A stretch of DNA of 64,000 nucleotides from Raillietiella orientalis (taxonomy: Eukaryota), in the NCBI GenBank assembly GCA_036172245.1, contig JAYWIR010000049.1, forward strand, positions 62,001-126,000, in the 5' to 3' direction. Under the pieces are notes generated by a model. It was not told the origin of the DNA. It searched no databases and saw nothing but the letters and a program-made list of their open reading frames with translations. Of this stretch, positions 1 through 11,018 are shown one piece after another (within the stretch, counting starts at the first letter, position 1; each line of letters opens with the position of its first letter). Made by a program: the position numbers and the translations under genes.

Positions 1-358
1 TTTTCAAGGAGGCGGTTGCGCCCTTTTCCAGGGTTGCGGTTGTCCCATTATTCAAGGGGGCGGTTGCACCCTGTTCCAGAGGGGCTTTAGTTCCCTTTTT
101 CAAGGGGGCCTTTGCCCTCACTTCCGAGGCGGCGGTTGCCCCCTTTTTAAGGGGTGCGGCTGCCGTCGCCTCCGTGAGGGCGGTTGCCCCCACCTCCGTG
201 GGTTGCGGAGAGGAGCAAGCCTCTCCCCCTCCTATATCCATCGCGGTGTCCACAGGCATTTCTGCCATTGGACACCGCAGATGCTTCACCCACAAACACA
301 ATCGAAATCAACCGCTTTACACCAGGCGCAATGGAGCGCTACAAAAACACGTCCGCAC
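1..358 (-). mobile_element. 5' end of lineage-C non-LTR retrotransposon (C1): 5' UTR plus start of ORF1 (ATG at 268), runs off the window
   Basis: Reverse complement matches 55135-55490 (GTGCGGACGTG terminus, MAEMP.DTAMDIGGGEACSSPQPTE, APLKKG repeats). It abuts an RT 'AKL' codon run at 359-367. Confidence 0.85.
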
Positions 359-630
359 GCCAAGTTGACAGCAGGGCTATGGGCTTCGCGTCTCAGGCAG
401 GTGGCAGATTCCATAATTAGCACAGAGCAGACATATGCTGTTCCCGGGCGATGTATGGATGCCAACCTCTTCTTCGCAAGCACATGGGTGCACCTGCAGA
501 GAAGAGAGTAGAAAGGGATAGGGAAAGTCAGCAACCCCACATTGGGGCCGCCAGCCGGGCTGGGAAGGGATCCCCGGGCGGGGAGGGGGGCCCTAGCGCT
601 CGCAGTCGATCTCCACAAGGCGTTCGATTT
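359..630 (+). pseudogene. RT fragment of a lineage-B element, trapped between the C1 and A1 insertions
   Basis: Translates AKLTAGLWASRL..EQTYAVPGR..NLFFASTW..ALAVDLHKAFD; homologous to 26240-26510 (-). Confidence 0.85.
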
Positions 631-843
631 TCACACGGATTACGCCGGGGCGTTTATTGTAAAATAAACTTCTACAAAGAAGTACGGTGGCTGGACCATT
701 GCTCCAGCCACGCACAAAGAAACAGAGCCGGCCGGGTCACCGGTTCGCGGACCGGTACGGTCCACCACGGCAGCAGGGGGAAGGGGGAAAAACAAAAAAC
801 AAAACAAAAAAGAAAAGAAAAGTTGGGAGGGTAAGGGAAGGGA

Positions 844-3800
844 TCACAGTTGCTGGTGGGGCCGTCGCATCCTTTGCAGAATGCCGGCAAGCTCCTTCTG
901 TATTCCTGGATCCAGGTGGTGACATCGGGACGCCCTCCTCAGGAACTGGGAGGCTGGCTGGATAGCACCCTGGTCGCGTTGTGCTCTCGTAGCCTTGCTC
1001 CAAGCAGTGACAATCCCGCGTAGGCAGCACAAAGCTGCTAACGAGGCCGCTGGCCGGAGGGCGTTGGCAAAAAGAGGGCTTTCAGTGCGCCCTGGGGTTG
1101 TCGCAGGGGATTCCGATGGCCGCGGCAAAGCGAAACCAAAGGGGCCGAAGTGCAACACAATCCACTAGCAGGTGGGGGAGGGACTACCGTTCCCCACACC
1201 TGACGCAATTAGGGTCCACCGCACCCCAGGTACAGTGGTGTCGGCGGGCGTTGCAGGAAAGTCCCCAGTGCTGCAACAGGAGAGCCGACTCCTGCCATTT
1301 TAAATGGAGGGAGGAAGTGTTCATGAGCACCGGGGGCCACTTCAGATGTTCAATGGGAACATCGAGCGGCGCGCCCCAGCGCAGAAGTCCATTGGGAGGC
1401 GTACTCGGGGTCGCAGCATCTGTTAACTGGCCCGTCTTCCACTCTCCTATCTTCTTCTCCTTTCCGGAGATTGTTATTGTAACCACCCACTTCGCCGCAA
1501 CATCGCTGTTCCGATCTTCCATCAGGGAGGGCAGCGCAGCAGCGAGGGGGGTTCTTCCTGCCCACGCTCTCTTCTTTGGATCCTCCAGGATCTCGCAGAG
1601 CGTGCAACTTCTATAACCCCCAAACAGGAACCTTCGTTCCTGTTGGGAGCGTTGCATGCCGAACTGTCCCCACGTTCGGACGGTTTCCTGCAACCAGGCA
1701 CTACCGTTCAACGGGCGACAGGTGAGCAATCCTGGGTTTTTCCGATACAGCGCAGCCACCCTCCGTAGCTGGAGTCCGCATCGGTTGACGCGGCGACGGA
1801 GTGCAAGAAACGACGTCAGTCCCGTCTTGCCGGTGGTTTGCTGGAGAAGGAGACGTGCAGGGACGCACCAACAGGTGCACCACAACTCTAGAACGAGTGC
1901 CGACAAGCATAACTGGAGCTGAAGCTCCAGCCGCTATAGCGACAGGAGGCCCAGACTACCATCCCGACGAGGAGCTCACAAGTCCTTTAAGCGGACTCGG
2001 GCCCTCCCGTTGCACCAAAGAGCGATACGGAGGAGGTCCTTTGTCCGCTCTTCAATCCTCTCTGTGGGGGGTCAAACAAAAAGCAAGGGGCGGAGGAGAA
2101 GAGCCGCGAACGTGTTCCAAACCGCGGCCCGTTCGGGCATGAAAAACCTGCCGCCACGGAACGGGCTGATCACCGTCTCTACTTTTTGAAGGCAGCCGGA
2201 CCACGCTTCCGCGGGGGAGTAGTCCCCCAACGGCACACCAAGGTACTTGAAGTACCTCACCGTGGGGATCCCCAAATGGACCCAGTCCTGCTGCCCTGCC
2301 CACGCCGCACCAACTGGCATCACGGACGACTTCGCCCTGTTCACCGTAACTCCCGTTTCCCGATGCAGCAGGTCGAAGGACTCCTCGACCGCCGCAGCCG
2401 GGGTATACATAGGGAGCAGCAGCGGAAGGTCGTACGCGTATGCTGAAACGGCCGGCGTACCGGCACAGTCGTGCGGCAAGTGCGCTAGTGTTCCCCTGTA
2501 CGCTCTCAGTACCAACTCAAAGTAAGTACTGAAGAGCAAGGGGCTCAGGCTGTCTCCCTGCCGGATCCCACGCCGCACCGGCACGCCGTGCACGGTCTGC
2601 CCGCTGAAAGTAACCTTGATGAGCGCGTCGCGCCAGCAGGAGCGCAGATAGGCCACTAATGATGCCGCGAAGCCCAAGCGTCCCAGAAGCTCCAGAAGGA
2701 GATTCTGGTCGACGCAATCGAATGCTTTTCGCAAGTCGATTGCGACCGCAAGGGCTCCCTCCCCCACCCGAGCATGCGATCATTTGTCGGCGCACGCACC
2801 GGAATTCCGGCTGCCCCCCATGCTCCTTTCATGTTGGAGCTCTAGCGAGGTGGAAGCGTGGAACAGGTTCGCCTCCATGCTTCGCCCGGGAACAGCACAT
2901 GTCTGTTCCGGGCTGATGAGGATGTTGGCAACCCGTCCCAGACGCTCTGCTTAAACCTTAGCCAGCAGCTTTACGTCAGCATTCACTATTGTGATGGGAC
3001 GCCAGTTGTTCATGCTCCTCAGATCCTTTCCCTTAGGGAGGAGCCGCACCTTTGCCGAAAGAAACAAGGCGGAAACGTCACCTGTTTCGCGTATCAGCAA
3101 GGTGAGTTGCTGTACCAGGGGGGTAAGCTCAGCCGCGAAAGTTTGATAAAACTCCGCGGGCAGGCCGTCCTCCACTGGAGCCTTTCGCCTCTTGAGCTTT
3201 CCGATGGCCGAGAGGATCTCGTCCATCGTGAAAGGCTTGTCGAGGGTCTTTCTCTGCTCCTCCCCGATCGCGAAAGCGCCTTCCAGAAGCAGGAGTCGTA
3301 AGATGTTCCTCTCCGAAGGTGCCCTGGCATACAGGGAGGAGTAGTAACTCCGCAGCAGGCCGCAGATTTGGGCAGGTGCCGAGAGCTCCTGGCCCTGATC
3401 GTCCATTAAGCCGGCCGATCCGGAATGCGAGGCTTGCCTCTCGGCTCCCGCTTTCTATTCCGCCAGCCTGCGGATGTCGGGAATCCTGGCGTAACGGCGA
3501 GCCTGCAGGTAGGCTCGTTCGTTACGGACTCCGGTCCCAAAACTCGTAGGTAGGCGGTGCAGAGGGAAATGGACGCAGAACTCCTGGACCGACCGCTTGA
3601 AGCGGTCCCAATCTTGGAGTGTCCGCAGCCTGGAGCTCCGTATGAACGTGCGGAGATGTTCCGCCGCGTCAGGGAGCTTCAGTCATTCCCCTGGGAGACG
3701 CCACGCTGACGGGGGGGGTCCCTGTCGCGCGGATGGATCTCGAGGACAAGCGGGCGATGGTCGGACAGCTCGCACGGTAACTTGCCGCGATAGCCCACGC

Positions 3801-4420
3801 GAGGGCACAGGTGCTCGTCAAGAAACACGTGGTCAATGCTGTCTTCCATCCCCGGTGCACTGGCCAACAAATTACAGGTGTGCACCGCCATGCACACCTC
3901 GTTGACCAGGTCACGCTCGGGATTGTGCCCATCTGGTTTCAGGCGAACGTTGAAATCGCCTGCAACCAGATGGGCATTCCGCACGCCTGCTTCGGTGAGC
4001 CAGTCTCGCTAAGGGCAAGAAAAACTCTTTCCTCGCTTTCCTGTTCATCAGGTCCTTGCCGCTCGGTGCGTACACGTTCGTGACGATCAGATCGATCGAG
4101 TCGGACCACCTGAGAGTCAGCTGGCCTACACGATCGTGATCGTCGAACCGTACGCCGTGAGCCGCGGTCTCGACGGCTGGCCGAAGCAGCTAGGCGACAC
4201 CGCAACTTTTCGTACTCCCACACATGTACCATAGCCGTCCTCCGGAGATCCGTTCGATCTCTAGCGCTTGTTCTGCAGAGATCACGTGGATCTCCTGCAG
4301 CAGCGCAAGGTCGTAGGAATCCAGAAGGGCGGATATGTCTCGTCTTCTGCCGGCGTCTGTCATGCCGTTCACGTTTCAAACGGCGATGCGGAGACGACGG
4401 CGGGAGGAGATTCCCGGCAT
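844..4420 (-). pseudogene. A1 ORF2, APE endonuclease-RT-CCHC (broken)
   Basis: Fragments carry NVNG/LLQEIH, GDFN, SDH, KAPxEDGLP, NWRPIT, DLRKAFD, QGDSLSP, YAYD, KYLG and CVRCGER..H..C. Confidence 0.9.
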
Positions 4421-4434
4421 TACTGCTGGGAAGA

Positions 4435-6087
4435 TTAAGGTGTCGGGGAGCCCTCCTCTTGCGAGGCGGGCAAGATGTCCATGGGGGTTTCGGCCTTCTC
4501 AGGCACCTGAGGCACCTGTTCGGCCTCCACCCCCTCCATCTCCTCCGTGTCCGTGCGTGGGAGTCTCTCGGGCGACGGGTGCCGAGAGTTTCCCACGCTC
4601 ATGGCACCCTCGCTTGCGGAAGCCATCTCTTCCCCTTCGCTGGGGAGACGAGCTTCCTTGGCTTTGTAGACTTACGTCCAGCCTTCTTGCAAGGTGCCGT
4701 GGAAACGGAGTCTGCGTTTCCGGCCGCCACCTCGGGGTCGGAAGTGTGGGACTCCTGAGGGGAGGCCGGACTCCTTACGGCCTTCTTGCCAGCCATGCAG
4801 AGTTCTGGCTGCACCGAAGCTACCAGCTCCTCTGAGGCTCGCACGAAGGCTACGTCATCGATGGTGGTGTCGATGACGGACGCCGCCGCCGGCTCGCTCC
4901 CCTCGCTGTTGACTGTGTCAACAGAGGGGAGGTCGTCGGAAGCAGTCAGGTCTTTCCGGCAGCGTTCGGCAACATCGTGAACGCGTTCGACACTGACCCT
5001 GCACTCTTTAATAATCGCGCTACCCTGCTCTTTCTGCTTCTGTTGCTAGGCGATTTTCTTTTCCATCCTCCTCTTCTTCTTTGATTCTATGGCCGTTGCC
5101 ACTTGCCACCCAGTCTCCTGACCGGCTTCCTCAACTTTTTGGCGTTGGCCGCCGGGGTCTCGGGTGCGGCCTGGGTCTTGGGCGCGGGTGGCACAGCCTG
5201 CGCGGCAGCTTTCGCCGCCAGCCTTTTCTGCAGAAACCGGGCGCGTTTTTTAAGGTTTCTCTTGGAACCCACCCGCACTGCGACTTTTGGGCACACCTTC
5301 CTCGTGTGGCCCATTGTGCCGCATACTTGGCACTGCACATTGGGACACCTCTTTTTGAGGTGGCCCGACGTATTGCAGAAGCCACAGTATTTCGGCTTCC
5401 CCACATACCAGAGGTCGACGGTTTCGCCTTCGACCACCAGTTTGTGGGAAGAGTGGAGCCCTCCCGAACGGTCACGCGGGTAGCAGTGAGGCCGTGTTGG
5501 AGCCACGTGTAGTCCTCGAAAGGACTTACTTTCGTCCACTGCGCGTGGACCGTTCCTAACTGTTCCAAAGCGGCGCGACCCTGTTCTTCGCGCATTCGCG
5601 CGGTGACGCCTAACAGGTGGAACACCATGCTGCAGTCCGCCGTAGTGGGGAGGAGCCTGCGCGTCCCCATCACAAAGGGGGTTTTAAGCAGTCGTTGGGC
5701 CAGCTCTGCATGTTTGCAGATGACCTCAACGTACTGACCCTTGCTGCGGATGGTCATAGCGCTGAGCTCCTCCTCTTTCACATCGAGAGCGCGTATGCCC
5801 TTCGAGAAGGCACGCGCGCTCTCTAAAGAATATAAATTGCCTACCTTGTAGAACATAGAGGGGTTGTACCCCTCCTCTACATAGGCCCACAATTCCGCTG
5901 CGGCTGCAGGCGATGACGCCGTCTAAACGGCGCTCCACGCCCGCACTGCAGCATGAACCGATTTTGTAAAGGCGGATGCCTCCACATCCACCGCCACCGG
6001 GGGCGACGTTGCCACCGCCCCCTGGCTCTTCATCGTTTCTGAGGGCGGCGTTACCCCCTGGCCATCCCTGGTGGTCGCGTCAGGCAT
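4435..6087 (-). pseudogene. A1 ORF1, gag-like nucleic-acid-binding protein (frameshifted, stops)
   Basis: CGFCNTSGHLKKRC and CQVCGTMGHTRKVC knuckles (ORF 5087-5539); colinear with 29752-31407. Confidence 0.85.
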
Positions 6088-6197
6088 CGCTGCCTGATCG
6101 ACCACCGAGCCACACGACGCTTGCACTGGGATAGACTTTCTGGCACGAGGAGAACCGAGAAAACACGTCCACCCTGTAGCACGCAAGGCGGTCGATT

Positions 6198-8264
6198 GCG
6201 TAAACCAAAAGCTGCTTTTGGAGCTTATGGAACGCCTAGGGTTCCCTGCACATCTCCTGATGTATTTGCGCGCTTGCTGGCGCCACGCGCTAATCTGCAG
6301 CACTTTCAGCGGCTGCCGGGTGTATGGTATTCCCGTGCGTAGGGCATCCGACAGGGCGACAGCTTGAGCCCGTTGCTCTTTAGCATCTTCGTTAAGTTGG
6401 TGCTGAGAGCATACAGGGTGAACTTGGCCCCCTTGCCGAGCTCGTGCCCCGGCACGCCCGCCGCAGCAGCGTACGCCGACGATCTTCTGCTCTTGTTGCC
6501 AATGTCATCCTCGGCAAAGGCGGTCGGAGACTTCTTCGATCTGCGCAGCCGCGGGACCGGACTGCAGGTTAACAGCGCGAAGTCGTCGGTTGTGCCAATA
6601 GGTGCGGCGTGGGCAGGGCAGCAGGACTGGGTCAGTCTGGAGATCCCCACGGAGAGGTGCTTCAAGTACCTTGGTGTGCCGTTGGGGGACTACTCCCCTG
6701 CGGAAGCGTGGTCGAGCCGCCTCCAAAAAGTCGAGACGGCGATCGGCCCGTTCCTGGAAGGCAAGTTTCACTTGCCGGAACGGGCCGCGGTTTGGAACGC
6801 CTTCGCGGCCCCTATTTTCCTCCTCTTGCTTTTTGTTTGCCCCGCCACCATGGAATCGACGAAGAAGACAAAGGACCTTTTCCGTATCACCCTTTGGGGC
6901 AAGAGGAGGCCCCGAGTACCTCTGAAGGACTTGTGCGCTTCGCGTCGGGACGGCGGTCTTTACCTCCTGACGCTGGAGCGCGTGGAGAAGCAGCTGCAGT
7001 GGCGAACCCTCGCCATCGCAGCGAAGATGTGGAGCACCCCTTGGTGCACTCCGGCCCGCCTCCTGGCCAGCCGTGTGTCCCGATGCGATGGACTCGCATC
7101 TTTTCTTGTGAGCCGTTGCCGGAAGATGCAAAGATGCGGCCTACTGATCGGGCGCATGGCAACATTTGCCAAGGAGAACAGCTGGATGGTTTGCTGCCCC
7201 GCCAACTCCCCCGCCTAGCTGGAGGAGAATATTGGAACGTGTTCAGCGGTTAAGCAGAGGAGCCACGAAACGTGGAATCGTCTCCGATGCAGCCCCTACG
7301 CCCGCTGCACGCTGCGGAATCTCCTGGAGAGTCCAGCATGATGCACGTGGGCAGAGACGATTTGCCTTGCTACGGCGCTGCCCTTCCTGAGAAGGGCACT
7401 TCACAGCTCTAGGACGCCAAGGTGGCTAGTATGCTGCTGCATCGAGGGAAGCGAGAAGTTGATCAGCGGCTGGACAACAGGAGAACTGGTTGACGCCACG
7501 AACCCGAGCGTCCAGCCGCGAGGATTATTAAGATGGGGCGAGCTGCTCGCCATCCCCAGGGATGAGCTGAAGTGGCTCCCGGTAATGAAGGAATCCAGGA
7601 TCCTGCCCCTCAAGTGGCAAAAGTCGGCGTTGCTTTTGTTGCACTGGGGTCTACCCTGCAACGCGCGCCGCTTCCACTGGGCGAGGGGAGCTGTGGATCC
7701 TGCGTGTGGCAGGTGCGGGGAGCGGGAGTCGCTTCCCCACCTTATTGTGGATTGTGCTGCCCTCTGACCCCTTTGGGAACGGTTCGGGATCACCCTCGGT
7801 CTCCCTACAGGCAGCACCCCCAGGTACGTTCTTCGGCCCCTCTTCGTGGAGGACGCACTACAGCCCGCCGCAGCCATCGCAGCCTTGTGCTGCGTCCGTG
7901 GCAACGTGGCGGCATGGAGCGACGCCAACAACGAAGGAGTAGGTCCACAGGCGAGGTATGTCATCTTGTATGCCCAGCGCTTCATGCGAAGAGCTGCCGG
8001 ATGGCCCCAACTGGGGAATATGCAGACAGACCTCGAGGGCTTCGTAGGACGGATGGGCCCTTCTCATAGCGACCAGTGATCCCTTCCCTGCCCTCCAGCT
8101 TCTTTTTGTTTGTTTGTTTTTATTTTTCTTTTTGTCTTATCCCCATCCTCCTTCGCTGTCGAGGAGTGCCACGCCGGGCTGCGTTCCGGTGTCCGGACAG
8201 GTCCTGCGTCTACGGCCGTGGTGGGGCCTCGTACCACGCATGTAGGGTTTACGTACGTAGGTGA
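6198..8264 (+). mobile_element. 3' half of a lineage-B element (B1): RT C-half, CCHC, 3' UTR. The first ~230 nt are G-type and the terminal hairpin is deleted.
   Basis: ORF 6364-7218 has YADD and KYLG; stop at TGATCCCTT 8077; UTR matches 24152-24360 and 41239-41445. Confidence 0.85.
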
Positions 8265-11004
8265 CAACGCCGAATCCCCGGGGCAGACGTTGTACAGGGA
8301 ACTGTTCGCAGAACTCCCGGCCCGAGTCCTTAAATAGGACCCAATGCGCGAGACTCTGGAGGGTGACGGCTCGCAGGAATTCGCGAAGATGTTCTTCCGC
8401 TCCTGAAAGGCGCGTGCAGTCCCCTGGCATACGCCAATCCCTGGATGGCGGTCCCTTGTCGCGCGGGCGCATCTCGAATAATAACCGGGAATGGTCCGAC
8501 AGCGTCGATTTTAAGTGTCCCTCGTTTTCCGACCCGTGTGCACAGGTCTTCGTCGAGGAAGACGTCGTCCACGCTGCTGACCATCCCGCTTATTTCTGTC
8601 AACAAGTTGCGCGCCCGCATGGCGTCACACAACTCGTTGATCGCCTTCCCCTGTGCTCCGGGCTGAGCTGAGAGCAGACGGACGTTGAAATCCCCTGCTA
8701 TCAGATGCGCCTTTCGCACGTCCGAGTCCACCAGCCATTCGCGCTTCAAGGTTTCCAGTAACGCGTTGCGCTGCTGGTATCCCTGTTTACCGCTAGGAGC
8801 TTACACATTGGTGACGATGAGGTCGATCGAATCGGACCATCTGAGAATCAGTTGGCCGATCCGTCCGTCGTCTCCAAAGCGCACGCCCTTCACGGCCGCG
8901 TTAATGGCTGGCTTTAGGAAGAACGCGACCCCCCAAGTGTTGCGGGCGCCGCATCGCCAGTACAACCGCCCTCCCGCGATCCTTTCGATCTCCTGGGCGT
9001 CTTTTGCGGTGATCACATGGATCTCCTGCAAAAGCACCAGGTCGAAATCTCGCACGGTGGCGGCTGTATCTCGTCTGTTTCCGTCGTCGCGCAGCCCGTT
9101 AACATTCCAACTGGCCGCGTGGATCCGACGGCGACAGGCGAGTCCAGGTGTTATTCCTGGGAACCTGGCGGTGGTGCTCCCGCCACCTTTTGGGGCGGGT
9201 CGCTGGACGGGGTTGGCGTCTTGCCGACCAACTCCCCATCCTTCTTACGTGCCGACGTCTCCGGCTGCCCGTGCGAAGGGAGTGTTGCTCGTACCTGTTG
9301 GCCCACATCCATTGGTGTGGGTGGTTCAGGTTCGGCGGTTTCAGAGGGCATTGCTGACCCCTGGTTACCCTCCTCCATTGGAGTCTCCTCCTCGTCGGCT
9401 TCCGCACGTGGGTGATGCCCGAATTGGGCTCCCACGCTGCCATCCACTGGTTCCTCCACCATTAAATCCCCCTCGCGCGGAGGCGGATTGCACCTTCGGG
9501 GTTTCTGGGATTTTCGCCCCGCTTTCCTTGGTGGTGCTTCCGCAGAAGAGGATGCACTTCCGGCCTCCAGGTCCGACTCACCTGCGGGGGCCACTTTAGC
9601 CGCTGCCGGCCTACGCAACCCCTTTCGCGAAGGGTTCTCGCGTTCGGCAAGCGTTGCCGCAAGCTCATCGGCGGCCTTCTCGAAGGCTGCGTCCTTGGTT
9701 TCGGCGATTTGGTCGTCCGGCTGACCCTCTTCGCAAGCAGGGGGTGGGTTTTCGCGCGCATTCGTCGCGGCGGGAAAATCGATCGAAGCCGTATCGCCTC
9801 CGGTGGTGTCGACGGGAACGTCAATGGGCTCCAGCGTAACCGTGCATTCTCGGAGAGTTTTTACGCGCTACACGGATTGAGCTTTGGTTCCGGCCGCCGC
9901 CTTCTCTCCTTTCTTCGGGACATGCTTGTCTTTTTTCTCTTTTTTGGCTTTGACTAGCTGCCAGCCCTGTTCTCCCTCTGCGGTTTCGGGAAGATTTTTC
10001 TCCGATGCCGCGCTTGGAGCTTGGGTTATTGGCAGCTTTTCTCGGCCAGTTTCACGCTTTTCCAATTTTTCTTTCCCCGCGCGTTTCCCTTGCGCCTTTT
10101 TGGCGGCCGAGCAAATTGGGGTGGGGCGTTTAGGGCACACGCGACGGACGTGTCCCTTCTCCCTGCACTAGTAGCATACGATGTTTGGGCACCACTTTCG
10201 GATGTGTCCGACCGCATCGCAGTAGCCGCAATATCGTGGCTTGCCCGCATACCAGAGGTCTACCGCTTCTCCCGCGACCTCAAGTTTGTGGGGTAGCTTC
10301 GCTTCGTCTTTTGGGGTTACGCGTGCCGCGGCGAGGCCCCCGAAGTGGCGTCCGTAGCCCTCAAAGATTGTGGGCTTCGGCCACAGCGCGTGTACGTCCC
10401 CGTACTTACTTAATTCTGCTTTTACGGCAGTGCGCGTCATGCGCTTGGATATTCCTGTCAAGTGGACAACTACCGAGTGGTCCATTGACACCGGGAAGAT
10501 CTTACGGCCGTCCATGATCAGCGGGGTATTTATAAGGCGATCGGCTAGGCTGATGCTCTTGCACACCAGCTCAACCCGCTGCGCCCCGCTAAGCACGCAC
10601 AGACCTTCCAGATCTTCCTCACGGACATTAGCATATTGAAGTGCTCTGCTAAAAGAGCGCGCCGTGTTTCCTTCAAACAAAGGGCCTACCTTGTATATAA
10701 ACGATAACTTGTATTCAGAGGCCCGATAGGCGGCTTCCTCGGCCATGGCCTCCGCACAGGGGGCGGCGACCATTTCACTCCAAGTCTTCGCCGGCTGCGA
10801 AGACGTTCCAAGGACTATAGCCCCCATAGCTGTAGGTCTTGTGGAAGGACTTGCCTCCCCACAACTACATCCATCGCGGTGTCCTCTGGCACGGCTGCCA
10901 TAGGACACCGACGACTCACACTTTACGCCTGACTACACTAAAAACTCCGGTTGCTTCCCAGACAAGCGCTGGCGGAGCGACCAAAAAACACGTCCACTCG
11001 CCAA
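8265..11004 (-). mobile_element. 5' half of a B-like element (B2): ORF1 (~10901-9151) plus EN, cut at RLPRGFG
   Basis: GGACGTG at 10989-10995; CGYCDAVGHIRKWC knuckle; WNVNG, LLQEIH, GDFN; ends at REFCEQFPVQRLPRGFG. Confidence 0.85.
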
Positions 11005-11018
11005 GGGATTTGGCGATG

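Larger units (their letters stand above)
631..6197 (-). mobile_element. Full-length lineage-A L1/Tx1-like element (A1), decayed
   Basis: GGACGTG at 6164-6170, ORF1, ORF2, U-rich 3' UTR, and AATAAA plus hairpin terminus at 631-658. KAxD codons flank both sides. Confidence 0.9.

Noticed and set aside
780..825. A-rich tracts as poly(A) tails
   Set aside because: They are the reverse complement of U-rich internal 3' UTR tracts, about 150 nt inside the terminus.
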